In this document: positions 28,238-41,750 of the stretch, piece after piece
Layout of the letters: each line of letters starts with the position of its first letter
How positions within the stretch are numbered: the stretch's first letter is position 1
Origin: Tubiluchus corallicola
Lineage: Eukaryota > Animalia > Priapulida
Reading direction: 5' to 3'
Length of the DNA stretch: 64,000 bases
Assembly: GCA_030141605.1 (NCBI GenBank)
Contig: JAQGDQ010000192.1
Span: 348,282 to 412,281, forward strand
Made by a program: the position numbers and the translations under genes
The notes under the pieces: generated by a model
Databases searched by the model: none
Told to the model about the DNA's origin: nothing
What the model saw: the letters and a program-made list of their open reading frames with translations, nothing else

Positions 28238-31200
28238 TTTTGTTAAATAATAAACATTAACGCTACTTTAATACTTACATACTACTTACTATAGTATCAC
28301 ATACTGCGTACATTACTACTGATGATTATCTGGCAAGCATTAACTTGCTTACTGTCAGCAAGATTTAGATGTAAACGCTTCTGCGAAACATCATTTATTT
28401 AAATAACGTGCTATTTGTGGACTTAAGAAAAAGCCTTTGATCTTGTGGATTAGTGTTTGCTGATAATTGCAACCAAAATGCGTACAAATGGTTTACTTAA
28501 GTTCCTAATTTACTGACTAGAGGCAAGCGTAGTGCTGAAATGTTTTCGGATGATATTGATTTCGGCGAAGGACATGAAGATAACAGAAATACAAAATAGG
28601 CTATAATCAAACAGACTGCGGCAAAATAAGAGCATAATAAGGAACAAAAAGTTTGGGTGTTTTGGGTGTAGGCTATAGCAGTTGTTTAAACATCCATAAA
28701 AGTGACCATTTCTCAAAGAGTTGTTAGGGCATTAAGAGATGTGGCACAAATGTATCCCGAAAGGGTTAAGAAATTACGCCATAAGGTACACTGATAAGTG
28801 TTTGTAAATGATAAACTTTAATTGGTATCTGTGCACTAACCGGCTCTGCAGAATCGAGTCGGTAAATTTGACGACACTGTAGTCTAACAAACGGTTCGTG
28901 CCTGTTGAAATAATTCATTTCAATAAAGTAAAATTAACACAGGCGCCAGACATTATAGGGTGTTCCTCGAAAACTCGGTAATTAATTTAACCATAACTTA
29001 ACCTCACCTTACTCAGCTAATCTAAATCTTGGAAATAACGCGTAGAATTTGTAAGCACCTTATGACAAAGAAATTTATTAAATTAGCCCCTAGTCTACCA
29101 ACATTTTAAGAACAGGAACCTTTACACAAATTATGGAAAAAGAAACTATCGTAGACTGTTATTACATTGTGTTTCTACTGTGAGTATCTTATAATCTAAA
29201 TGAGCTGGTAACATAAGGTTTCTTGCATTAAAAGTAGAAGTAAGCGTCATCGTTTTCACAATAGTTACCTATTTATTTTTTGTGTAGGCAAAGTACAACA
29301 AGTATAACAGCAAACGGTAAAGTAGTCACAGTTCACCACACCATCGAGAGTTCAGCTGCATTGCACTAATCTGGAACGGTTAGACTTCGTAGTTAAGCTT
29401 TCTGGAGCAGATGCTTCACTAGATCAGATGTACCTAGAAACAACTAAGTTCAATAGTTACAATTACAAACCTTTTTACATTTTCAGATACACTTGCTGAA
29501 AGAGTGGGTCACTGATAAGTCGACCTTTTTGGCCATGTAATGAACTGAGTTGACAAACTAAATTTACGAGAGATGCAGTTTAGTACTGCTGAGTTAAAGT
29601 AGTAGGGGTGTTTAAAAATTACACAACTGCAGGTATTATCAGCAGCATTTTAATTTTCACTAATCAGTATAATCATTGTCACTGATCAACACTTTCTTAT
29701 CTATGTCAATATTATCTTCTGTAAAGCAACTTCATTCAGACAGTTCGTCTCCCGCCAGCCTCAAATAATTTCGGTAACAGTAGTTGTTTGTTGCGATGTG
29801 ATTCCACAGACCATACATAAAAATTGCTCTTGCAATAAATATTTTCGGTGCAGCACAATTTTACATGGTATAGCATGATACAGTAAAGTCTCTATATTAA
29901 GATGTAAATAATAAAAAATGAGCCTCAGTTTCCGGACAAAGTACATCCAAAAGTTTTGCGTTCTTTGATTCATTGACGTTTTAAATGATGTTTGATTTGC
30001 CTCTAATTAGTAAGCACCTGATACTGTTGCCAGCCGCCCTTTAGCATATACATATACATATAGTTTCACTCAGTCTAAATCTTTTTTATTGGTTATTACC
30101 CTGTACATAGAATATCACTTGGATTTTCTATAATTTTCATTTTAATATTCTTTTACTAATCATGTGTGTTACTAATAACTTAATACTTAGGTGGCCTTAC
30201 ATAAGACCGCTTCTTAGGTCTCCTGGAAATTTAATAATGTTGTATTTATGACTTACTTATGACTTATTTGTGTCTAACGCTAGTTATATGTAATTTATTT
30301 TAGAGTTATCGCCCAAATTTGGCACCCATTTCACAAAGTTGTGCAAGAATTGTAGTAGTGTCTGCACACTGGAAAATCAAGAGAGGTGTAAGGACACGTT
30401 AGTGAAAAACGGATATAGAAAATTGGTCTATCTCTGAAAAGTACTTATGAGGTTTAAAAATGTTCTAATCTGTTTATTATGATGTATGAAATGATTGTAT
30501 GCTGATGAAAAGGTACAGAGTTGTGTCAAGATTATTAATAAAAATAGCAATAACAAGAGTGTGTCCTTATAATAGCCATGATGAAAGCGTTAATATTATT
30601 GTATAAATGACTATTATTATTCTAAGGATGTGCCAGTAAAATGTTTGATAGAAATATACATACTGCTGGAGACAGTATGTGATTATAGTCTTCTTGTACT
30701 TCTGTTAAAAGTTAAAAGTTATGTAAACTCAGAATGATAAAACACAAAAGTTATTTTAACATTTCAAGTGTAAACTATGTATTAAAACACTGTTGTTGTA
30801 ACGCGTAAAATTAAAATGTAATAAATTAGTATTGCCTTCGCTAACTGTGACATTTTTTAGTTTACATGAATATTCTTATTATTATCATAGTAGTGTCAAA
30901 TTTTTACTACTGTGTGTATGTACGATAAATTCAGACTTGTGTGGGCAAAACTAGTAAAATCAAGAACACCTAACAATAGCTTGCAGTAATAATATTTTAG
31001 GATTCAACATCACTCTTTGTTCTCTAATGCTGCTAATGATTTGTAATTTTATGTATGTTTTTGAATAACGTGTTCTTTAATGCAGAATTTGGATAATTAA
31101 TGTACTATTAATGTAAGTGAACCATTAGCACAATAAGCCTAAATGAATTTGAATATTTAAATTTACTGTATTTTTGCTCAGAATTAGCGCAATAGAGGAG

Positions 31201-32222
31201 CTTGTTATTACAATGTAAACATGTAGCATCTCCTAAGATCCTCGATTCGATCGTTTTGAAGTTCTTTCGTTTATTCGTAAAGATATAGGCTGCAGATCAT
31301 ATAGCTGTATAACTGGAATATTATTGCTATAAAACTGAATAAGTCATCATTAAAAATCGTAAGCGAATTACCACTTACAAGTATGTTTCCATATAAATGT
31401 CGATAATAGGGACGCATGGTTCTTTATACATATTAATATTAATATTAATCTCAGTTTAATATTTCTATCATATTAAAAAAATACATAATAATACTCATGT
31501 ACATTTTTAACACTGATGAAAAACATATAAAAGCGCAGCTCAATCAATCAGTTAATTCGATTCGCATACGTAAGCCTCTGGCAAAACTTTATAAAACTTT
31601 CTAAACTGATAAAAATGTTTATATATAGCCGAAAACACTGATAACGAAATTGGAAATACATGTATTAATCTTTTTATTGAGGTTGCGTAAAAAATCAGAA
31701 TATTGGAGAAATGGCCTGTTTGTAAAAGTTCCTATGATAAAGAAATAAGAAATAGAGTTCGTTGCTGAGAACTGCCTTCAAGTTGTAGAAAACGACCGAA
31801 CCATAACATGAGTACTAAGGTGCTTGGATCTGGCACACGTCACGTAAAATATTATATATCTCTGGCACTTCCGGTTAACTTCCGCATTATAAACGAAATT
31901 CCATCAGTGTTGGGTGAACTGCAAAACTCTGTCACCTACTCGTTATGAGGCGCAAAAAACTGATTCCACGAAACGGTAAATGGCACTCTCATAGGGCAGA
32001 TCTGTTTGAAAAGTGTGATCCACTTAACAGGTATATTTTGTGTGAGGGGAATATGATACGCGATGGCTGCGATACGGTCTGTGTAATGGCCGTAGGTCTG
32101 TAGTATCTCCATCATAAAATTTCAGCCTCGTAAGATGAAGACTCTGGAAAATGTGTTAATGTGACAACAACAACATGTCTAAGCTTTAATGATAATGCAT
32201 TTGGTACCGGACCAAAAAAGCT

Positions 32223-32585
32223 CAAAAATCCTTTTGTCTGACTTTGCATTTTCTTTTGTTCTTTTCTTTCACCTGTGGATAGGTCACATTGGTGACTTGA
32301 AATATTGAGTCTTTTTCATTTTTGCTGTGGGTTTTATGTTAATTACACTAGTGCTACTTAACTATCGTGTGAGGTGTCCCACAAGGGAACAAAAATCCTT
32401 TTGTCTGTCTTTGCGTTCTCTTTTGTTCTTTTCTTTCACCCGTGGATAGGTCACGTTGGTGACCTGAAATATTGAGTCTTTTTCTTTTTTGCTGTGGTCT
32501 TATGTTAATTAGACTAGTTCTACTTAACTATCGTGTGAGGTGTCCCACAAGGATCGAATTTAGGCCCGACTCTTTTTCTCTTGTG
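32223..32585 (+). repeat. 167-bp tandem duplication ending in a LINE RT motif
   Basis: Copies start at 32223 and 32390; the second continues as GVPQGSNLGPTLFLL* (about 32539-32586). Confidence 0.9.
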
Positions 32586-33764
32586 AATAAAATGTGTGTG
32601 TAATGTTTAAAATGCACATAATTTTTGTGTGCACTTATACGTATTTATCACGTAAACGCCGTTCATTTTTACAGTGCTTCATAATTATGCACACAAAGTG
32701 TAATAAAGCCACTCGCGAAAATGCTGTAATAGGCTGTTTACGTCAGGCAGTCGCGCTGCATAAATTCGTAATCACGTAACTTATTTATGGCTTTGAAACA
32801 TGCGCGCGTGTGTTCATGCAGTCACTGTTGCCATATACGTCCGTGGGTGATCTCCAGAGAAAATACGCCATTTTTATCACCTGTCAAACGGCCTTCAAAT
32901 TGTGTTTTTAATTTTGAAAACAGTTGTTGTTCTGGTCATTGGGAACAATTTTGTTACTCGATATCGCTCATACTTAGCAAGAGCTATTACTTGTAATTTG
33001 CTTGTTATTACAAATCGTTTAGCATCGATCAGCGGCGTGTGACAGAACTGTTGTATTGAGCTATAATAGTTGATGTTCACTCCCTGTAGTAAAGCTATGG
33101 TCAAGGCAACACAGGCAGGAATTTACCAAGGGAATTTACCTGCCGCTTCGCATTGTGAAATTTGTAGCGTGGCTTCCCTGTACGACCTCACATGCATCTA
33201 AAAAAGGTAAGTGATTGATGATTATATATCAATACATCAAACAGATCAATATTAATATCATAGAAAAGTACTACTTGTTTTTCGTAGTTGTTTAAAAATT
33301 TCATCGTTAAGCGCTTCATTTAAGTAATACTTTAAATAAATTGTTCATTTATTAATCGTCGTTTATTAAACCACTAAATGGTACAATGTTCTACGAAGCC
33401 TGGCATACATGTCACACATTTTTCTGTTCCAAAGCTACGGAATTTAATTCTGTTGTAAGCTACGTCTCGCCTATGGTTGATCTGAATTTTTTTCTGAAAA
33501 TACATGAATGCTAGTAATAGGCCGCCATTCGCACGAAGCAGTTCATTAAAAAATACATTTACCATTAATTAAGTAATTAGGTAAACAAACAAACAAGCAA
33601 GTAAGTAAGTAATAATATTTTTCAGGTGTGTAATTAAGTACAATGTAATTAAAACGTGATGTAAACACGTTCACTGAAAATTAATTATTCGGACATAATT
33701 TACAGTAGAACAATGTTAAAGTACTATTAGCGATTTTGATTTAGTGTACAAATATTTCGCTCTA

Positions 33765-33995
33765 ATAAATAATGATTTCGTTTAGGACATAGTCTAGAAA
33801 TAACACCTTAAGTAACTCAAAACTTATTTCCAAGGTGGTCCCGATTATTATTGATACCTGCATGTTACTTCGACAAAACCCCCGATCGAAGAACCAGCGG
33901 TACCATTTTTTAAGTCTTTGTATGACTCGGTCAGGAGATGAGCGGGCGACCTCCCGGTTGGGAAGCGAGCACGCTACCACTGAGCTACGCCACGC
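33765..33995 (-). mobile_element. Near full-length tRNA-derived SINE (family A)
   Basis: Head gtggcgtagctcagtggtagcgtgctcgc (A box), body gtcatacaaagacttaaaaaatggtacc, AT-rich tail. Other copies are at 23980 and 47930. Confidence 0.85.
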
Positions 33996-34249
33996 AGTAA
34001 ATATACTGCACATCAAATGAAATAAAGGGAGGGATGAAAGCTTTGATTTAATTAATATGCTATTTCCAAGAAAATCTGTGATTTTTTATCTATTTCGTGT
34101 TTGACCCGGGCAAACAAAGAAAAACGTCATCTAAAAATTGTATACTAATAAATGGGGGACAAAATTCACTTCCCAAAAATAACGTTTAAGTGAAGCTAAT
34201 TGCTCTTTCAACAACACTTATTTAGCTGGTAACGCAATTCATGAATCGA

Positions 34250-34800
34250 TAATTAATAATACCAATGGAGAAAAAGTGTTTTCTTACTGAATTTATTAAA
34301 ACTCCAAAAAATTTTCACAAAGAATATGGCAAATTAAGATTTTTATGTCGATCCGCATTTATTTTTCCATTGCTATTTAATACGAATTTTGTTTTATTCA
34401 AGTTCATTTATGTGGCAAACTGTTTGTTTAACTCATTTAAGTCGCTACTAATCAGATTTCACGATAATTCATAAACGCAATGCAGCCTTATGCCAAACGC
34501 AATTGCGTCATTCGCACGAATAAGTTTAGCGTTATCGATACAAATGTGGTTTATTTGGCAAGAAAATCGAGTCAGACCTTAATTCGATCCTTGTGGGATC
34601 TCTGGCATGATATTCGAAAGCAGACTGATTCATATCCAATTTAAGAAATTATCATCCATGCACGTAATTAGATTATCAAAACTGCTGTTTATTCGCCAAG
34701 TGACCATGCATGATGTGAGATTATCAGCTGAACAGTGATACTATGCCAATTCTGCTGTAAACTGATAATAATTGCTTTCAAATCTGATTATATTTTGATC
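34250..34800 (-). mobile_element. Decayed LINE RT fragment (CR1/L2-like)
   Basis: Minus-strand remnants LANKQQF, IPQGSN, ANDAIA, SDLNELNKQF, NLNKTK occur in the expected order. Confidence 0.6.
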
Positions 34801-35089
34801 ATTTGCCCTTCAGTCATAGGAAATTTACTGAATCTTGATCTGGGCCTTGAGTTTTTGACCTTTATGTTCGCAAATATAAAAACTGCAAAGTGCGTCGAAG
34901 ACGATGTTGGTGACAAACTTGATTGATTTGATAAGTTCTAGACATATCTCAGAGAAAATAAAATTCCTATGCTTTTTGGTCCAGGACTTGATCCAAATCG
35001 CTACACTTCTGTACGCGTTATTCTTGTTGTTGAAAACCGCCGAAAGCTTTGCCAGTTTGTAATGGATCGTCATGAAATTTCGGTCAGAC

Positions 35090-35620
35090 ATACTAGAATG
35101 AATTCTGCATCAACTAATCAGTTGGATTTTCGATTCGCCATTTTAAATTCAAAAAGACGGCAATAACGTCATTTTCGAAAAAAGCTTAAAGCTCAGTCAA
35201 TTTGCAATTGATTGTTATAATACTTTGCGGGAATTTACTAGAATGAAAACTGCATCGGCTGACGGAGTTGGATTTTTGGTTTGCCATTTTTAATTCAAGA
35301 CGGCAGCTAGAACATTATTTTCAACGGATGAAACTTTAAAAGAATATACTAGAAGGAATTCAGCAGCGACAGTCAGAGTCCGATTTTCGATCATCCATTT
35401 TAAACTGAATATGGCAGCAATAACATCATTTTCGAAAAAGCCTACGGCTCCACCAATTCGCAACGGATTATTATGAAACTTTATAGGAACATACTAGAAT
35501 AAATTCACAGAATTGGGTTTTTGTCTGCGGTAAACCTAAACCTAACCCTAAACCTACAAACGAGAATACTAGAACAAATTTCGCATCTATTGACAGAACC
35601 AGACTTTTGATCCACAATCT
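35090..35620 (+). repeat. Degenerate tandem array of units beginning TACTAGAA (about 75-145 bp, 5 starts)
   Basis: Recurring tactagaa...gccattttaaattcaa...cattttcgaaaaa. Confidence 0.75.
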
Positions 35621-35699
35621 CGAGTTCAGTCAATGAGTCCCTCGACCAATAGTTCGAGTCGAACTTGTCAAATTTAACATTCAGTTGTTAAGTGAATGT

Positions 35700-36060
35700 A
35701 AGTAAAATAGCACAGGAAAAAATAGTAGAAATGGAAAAGTAGGAAAATGGTACGTATGTTACTGTGCTGCAGATAATTTTAGTAATAAAACTAGAATAAC
35801 ATGAGTCTGTTATTCTCCGCCAAGATCGAAAAAACCTAAACATGTTCGCCTGATTCTTTTAATATAAAAAAACATAAAACAAAGACAAACAAGTGAAAGT
35901 GCAAAAACATGCCCGTGTAAGTATGATATAGACTAGCAAACGACTCGCAAAATATTTTGTTCATTAAGCAGAATTATAATCGATAATTTACGAACATTTC
36001 ACGTGGTGTTTGTCTACATTTCTTTGGCCATTTGGTGATGGTAAAATAGATCGGCAAATA
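35700..36060 (+). repeat. Second copy of the 25700 repeat family
   Basis: gtaaaatagcacaggaaaaa...aaacatgttcgcctg...gtgtttgtctacatttcttt. Confidence 0.7.
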
Positions 36061-36219
36061 TATGAGTCATCTTATGAGGCTATGTACATGTATAATCAAA
36101 GGTTATGGACAGCGTTACAGTTTTCCTGGAATTAACACGTAGTTGTTTGTCTTGCTGGAGATAATAAAAAGTATTAATTGCCCTATCTTGTAGCCAAGTC
36201 CTGCTTTTTCCAAAAACTC

Positions 36220-36549
36220 TCTCTGAGACGCCGACATAGTGCTTCACAAATATTTTTTCTACATGGCGCTTGGTCCAACCTTGTGAAAAAACAGAAATAA
36301 CAGGAAAAAGCGCCCATTTTTGCAGCTTTCAGCCCCTCCCCTATCCAGGAATCTGCCTCAAAATAAATCTTTTCTCTCCTTTTTCCAAAGAGCAGTAACA
36401 CTCCCTCTGAGACGCCCACGTAGTGCTTCACAAATACTTTTTTCTTCATGGTGTTTGGTCCAGCATTGTGAAAAAACAGAAATAACAGGAAAAAGCGCCT
36501 ATTTTGGCAGCTTTCAGCCCATCCCCTATCCAGGAATCTGCCTCAAAAT
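36220..36549 (+). repeat. ~184-bp tandem duplication
   Basis: ctctgagacgcc...ccctatccaggaatctgcctcaaaat occurs twice. Confidence 0.9.
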
Positions 36550-38016
36550 GAGCGTTTTCTGTCCCAGACCCATGTTATTCACACAAAGTTTCGTGGAAAT
36601 CTGTGGTTAACTCTGTGGTTAACTATTCAAAATATAACTCGCGGATATAACTCGCCGCTATAGATATGTGCATGTTAATTTATTAGAATAATTATAAGCT
36701 ATGAAGTGATACATGTATTTCAGAGAATTATTGACGTCTGTAGATCAAACAAATTTGCGTGCGTACGGATATCCTATTAAAAATGCGAAGCAAATATTAT
36801 CAGTGTATAGGATAGCAAAATTAATTATTAAAACTTTTTTGAAAGCATTAAGACAGTGCTAAAACAGTATTAAAGCAATAATAAAACAGTATTACGACAA
36901 CGTATTAGAGAAATAAAGGATTCAACTTAAATGAAATGGGATACTATTAAAACAAGCGCAAAAGAGTACTAAGGTAATTAAATATTAAATATCCTTATTA
37001 TCCTGTTAAATATTCTTAATATCCGTTGTACATATTATCAAAGATTACTTTTAATATTGTTAAAATATTTTATTCTAGGATTGTCGAAAGAAGCGAGGAA
37101 AATAGTAGCAATGTAGTGCATGTTGACCTCGGAATATTGGACTCAATGTAATAATGTTGATTATATTATGAGTTATATCTCATTTTGAATCATTCATTCT
37201 TTAAATGGCGAAACATAAAAATTCTGATTAATTTTGTGAATGCTGTATGTGAAAAGCATTTTCTGAAAACTGTGTAGCCTCTTGACTAGTCAGTCTGTGG
37301 CTTGTAATATTGACATACAAATAAACAATGCTACGGCAAGAAGTAGCGAAAAGGTTAGGAGGAAATTTTAATCTAAATTCAATTATGTAACCAATTTCGA
37401 CATCATGAAATGGTTACATGATGCCTCTCAAACACCCTCTCGGAACATTTGGAAGCACATACGATTTCAGCAATTTCACAGATGCTCATGGCAGCTTAAT
37501 TAATCACCTGCAGTAATTATGATTTAACAAAGTTGCATTTAGCTAAGTTATAACAATACCAAAAATGTAGCCAACTACTAATATGATACTAATCTGGTAG
37601 TATTAATGTTATACTTTCGTTTGATATTATTGTTTGTCTTCATCACCATGGCAACCGCAACAATAATTAGCATCCACTATCAGCTCTCTCCCTAACCACC
37701 AATCCGTCGCTATATAATTCATCTATTATTCATCAATTAATTGCTTGCACATTTCAGGTAGCATTATACAAAACATACATTCATAAATTAACATTTTTTG
37801 TAAAATAAACAGACAAGTAAACAGGAAACATAAACAAATAAACAAAATTTAAATTAGTTTAATTATTGTTCACTGATTATTATTATTATTTAATTATTAT
37901 TATTATTTAATCATTATCTTAAATAGTTTACTTAAATAGTTAAATAATTAAATAGAAATAGTATGTGTGCTTAGCTTAGTATGTGATTAATTTTGACTGT
38001 GCATGGGATGAAAGAT

Positions 38017-38150
38017 GCGTGGTAGGTTGCGCTTGCGCGTGCTTGTGTGTGTGTGCGTGCGCGGACGTGCACACACACACGCGCAAGTGCAACCGTGGGC
38101 GTGGGCGTGGGCGTGCGCGCGCGCGCGTGTGTGTGTGTGTCACGACGCAT
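38017..38150. repeat. Alternating purine-pyrimidine tract (TG/CG/CA)
   Basis: gtgtgtgtgtgcgtgcgc...acacacacacgcgc...gcgcgcgcgcgtgtgtgtgtgtgt. Confidence 0.9.
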
Positions 38151-38979
38151 ATGTCGTGAGTTCAATACTAGCTTTTTCGAATTATTTTTTATTTTTATAT
38201 TTTGTTTAACATTGCTGTTTTTTCATTTCAAAATAATTTTCTTTTACTTTAAATGCACCTAATTTACTTAATATTTTCTATTACGGGTAAATTATTTATG
38301 CACTTCGATCTGTTGGTTCTATAAACGCAGACTATTTGACACGTTTCAGTTTTACAGTCCACAGCTCTGCTTATAATGTAGTTTATTATTTTGAGAAAAT
38401 GTAATGTTTTCTGTGCAGCAATTGTGATAAAATTTGTATGCTTGTACTTCTAGTGAAGTGAAATTATAAAATTTGAAGTTACGTTGCTTTGATAAAATAA
38501 AGGTTCATTAGTCATTACTTACTGTATAACTAAATTAACTTCTGATAAACTGTAAAAGTTAAAGGCACACAGCGAAATACTACATTCCATTAAGTGTCAT
38601 GCATAGTTTATTCTAAATTATATGAAAGCGCTTAAAGAGCCTTTAGAGTTTCTCTTTTTCTTTCGCTTCATGGGACCTTGACATCGTCATCCTTACTAAA
38701 TTCTTAACTGTTAGAAATCTGTTATAATTTTAAGGGCCCCTAATAATATAACAAATGTGTGTTTTAAAGTAAGTCTATCTCCAAATTTGACATTTTGCAT
38801 TTAATCTGGCATTTGTTGCTGCTAGCTGATATATAAAAGGTTATATATTGTAATTATGTCTTAGCAATATGGAAATCTAAGTGTCGCAACAGATATCTTT
38901 GTGGGGCATCTCCAGTTTATCCATATTCCTTAAGTACAGCTCCCTTGAATATTCCAGTACAAGTAATAGAAAACTTGAG

Positions 38980-39147
38980 TTTTTAGCCTGCACATTTCTA
39001 TTAGGTCAAGGCAATTTTAATGATTTTCTGTTCAATATTGGTTATGCAGACAATAATATGTGCCAGTGTTTAATGGGGAGGCAAACCGCACATCATCTGT
39101 TGTTTAATTGTAAATTCGTAAGTCGCAACAAACGTGAAACTTTGTAA
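38980..39147 (+). mobile_element. LINE ORF2 C-terminal zinc-knuckle remnant (I/R1/Nimb-like)
   Basis: LLGQGNFNDFLFNIGYADNNMCQCLMGRQTAHHLLFNC (C-x-C-x7-H-x4-C-like). Confidence 0.6.
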
Positions 39148-39449
39148 GCATTTTACAGCACCAAGATGTCAATTTTATGTTAACATGTCGTGATAATCTG
39201 ATTTTAATTAACTTTACTAATATTTTGTTAGATAATTTTATTTTATCACTAACCTAACGGGTTTAATTTTAGAAAATTGTTATCAGCGTCAGTTAGAAAG
39301 GTAATAATAATAATAATAATAGTAATACAATGCTAGCATAGCTATTGTAAGTTGTTAAATATGAAATGTAAATGCTGTTAACTGTTATAGCCCTGCAAAT
39401 AGAGGGCGTATGTATATACGTATGTGTTTATATGCTGAAAATAAAGAGT

Positions 39450-39564
<115 letters not shown>

Positions 39565-39739
39565 CCTTCAGTTCTTCCTAATAGCTCTCCCGTCTTGTAA
39601 ATTACATTAATTTAATATGTAATAGAATTAACGCAACGTTCACGATAGTATGAGTTTATATAGTGGCATTTGACTATTAGTGGACATGTAACTCTGACTG
39701 CTACTAGGATGAAAATGCAGACCAGCTCTGCTACGTTGT

Positions 39740-39825
39740 GCCAATACTCACTGGTAAAGCAATTGCCATGTAAGCACGAAAGTTCTTGGTTCGAATTCTG
39801 GTTGATCCACAATTTTTCAGTGTGT
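39740..39825 (+). mobile_element. Degenerate tRNA-derived SINE head
   Basis: tactcactggtaaagc...ggttcgaattc (A and B box-like). Confidence 0.4.
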
Positions 39826-40386
39826 CTTCCTTCAATTAATTAGCCGTTAGAGTAATTGTTATAAGCGTGATGTGTTTCCTAGTGTCAATATGCGTGCGTA
39901 TGTTCATACAATAAAATCAAAACGGATGAAACTATAGTCTCCTCGCCAAATTCAGGTGCATGGTTACGTCTAGACAAGAGCTGACAAATTGTTGCTTTAG
40001 GATTGAAAAGGTAAATTGTCAAGGTTACAGGGTTACGCTTCGTGTCAGTACGGAAAGCTGAGTCGTTAAGGTAACGGACTATGTGTGCAAAGAAAGTTAT
40101 CATGAAAGATGAATTCCATCCAGGTAATAAATATTTTGAAATGCTTCCCTCTGGTCGTAAATTCCGCTCAATTAACGCTAAAACCACAAGAACTTTAAAT
40201 TCTTTCTATCTCGTTGCAATTCGCACCATCAACAGTAACTTTCAGTAAATCTCCAATACTAATTCTTTATGTCACTGTACAACTGATTGAATTATTTGTG
40301 TTAATCTCCTTGTTGTTTCTATAAGTTATTGCAGTACGTAAAACCACATAAATTTCATTGCATGTATTATGCTATAATGACAATAA

Positions 40387-40387
40387 A

Positions 40388-40460
<73 letters not shown>

Positions 40461-40470
40461 TACTTACTTA
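40387..40470. repeat. (GCTT)n(ACTT)n microsatellite
   Basis: Direct reading of the sequence. Confidence 0.97.
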
Positions 40471-41439
40471 CTCTGCTTACAGTCCGAATCTCACGACCAC
40501 ATGCATTGGCGTAAATAGTTGTGTTAGTTGTGTTATTTATTTGTGGCGTCCCAGTGACGTTACATTCGTTAAGCCTATAATGTTGCGTTGTCTGTTGTTC
40601 CAGCGACTGCAAATGCGTGTCTTTGCAGTTTTAGGGTCAAATATTTACCGTAGAGACAACTATATGGCGTTGAGCGATACTGTAAATTCCTTTGCAACGT
40701 ACCTACAATTAACGAATCGTAACACCTACCTATTCTGATGCCATAAGAAAGAAAATTTCAAAGATCTCAGCACGTTGAACTAAAATGTAGAACTTCTTTG
40801 AACCTTCCTCTTACACTTTGCCTAATCAGAAGATTTCTCGTAAAAGTAATTTTCGGAGACAATTAAATGCAGCAGCGTGAAAGCTATTTTTGTATGCCTG
40901 CTTTGTAGGCTATGCCTTAGAAATCTGGATTATCCCGATGAGTGATTACTGTGACCAATCCTTTAATGTTTCATTGCCCTGCAAAGCTGCAATACAAACA
41001 GCCTTTTGCTGTGCGTAGTGGATGACCTGATGTGACATGTTGTGATTTATTATGTGTATATGCTTACAACCGAAGTTAGGCAACAGCGACAGCGAGCTTT
41101 GCTATACTCTGCAGCTGCTGCTTTTTCATACTTTGTCACCAGTCTACCAAACTCTTTATGGGTAATTACAATGCTGAGGATGTATACACATTCAGACGTA
41201 GCAAAGACATTTCTACAAACCTATTGTTCCGTATTAGGGGATCATGTTTCGGTTTTGCCACAACCATATAAATTGCAGAGCAAGAGTTAAACTGCAAGAG
41301 CTCTAATAACTAAAAATTAACTTTAACTTTTAACCACTAGGCCACCACATCTTCCAGTGATCAAGGCATTCCTAGGTTACTGTCTACGCATCTAGATTAA
41401 TAACACGGGACTGCCTTGACCACAGCAAGATGCAATGGT

Positions 41440-41625
41440 TTAGTTACTTTAGTTTGCATAAAGCGTCTGTCTAAGCAAAAGGTCCCTGGTTCGAATCCAG
41501 GTTGCTTCCAATCCTTTTGACATTTTCTGTGTTTCAAGTTTGGTAACAAAATCTAATTCATCATGGTTTTGTTACATGTTTAATGATAATCTTGATATTA
41601 AGATTATAATAATTTATTAGCAACC
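41440..41625 (+). mobile_element. tRNA-derived SINE family B copy
   Basis: aaggtccctggttcgaatccagg (B box) plus a body shared with 26460-26615 and 26813-26895. Confidence 0.7.
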
Positions 41626-41680
41626 TTATTTGGCAGTGTCGATTGCCGGTTATATAAACAAATATCTCAGCCAGAGTAAT

Positions 41681-41750
41681 GTAGGAATAGCTCAATCAGT
41701 TCGTGCTCGTTTTCTATGCGGTAGGTTGTGGGTTCGATTCTGTAACAAGG
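41681..41750 (+). mobile_element. Degenerate tRNA-like SINE head
   Basis: atagctcaatcag...aggttgtgggttcgattc. Confidence 0.4.

Noticed and set aside
33915-33995. Functional tRNA gene
   Set aside because: The A box is present, but the T-loop GTTCRA is degenerate and there is no acceptor stem. It continues into a body shared with other copies, so it is a SINE.
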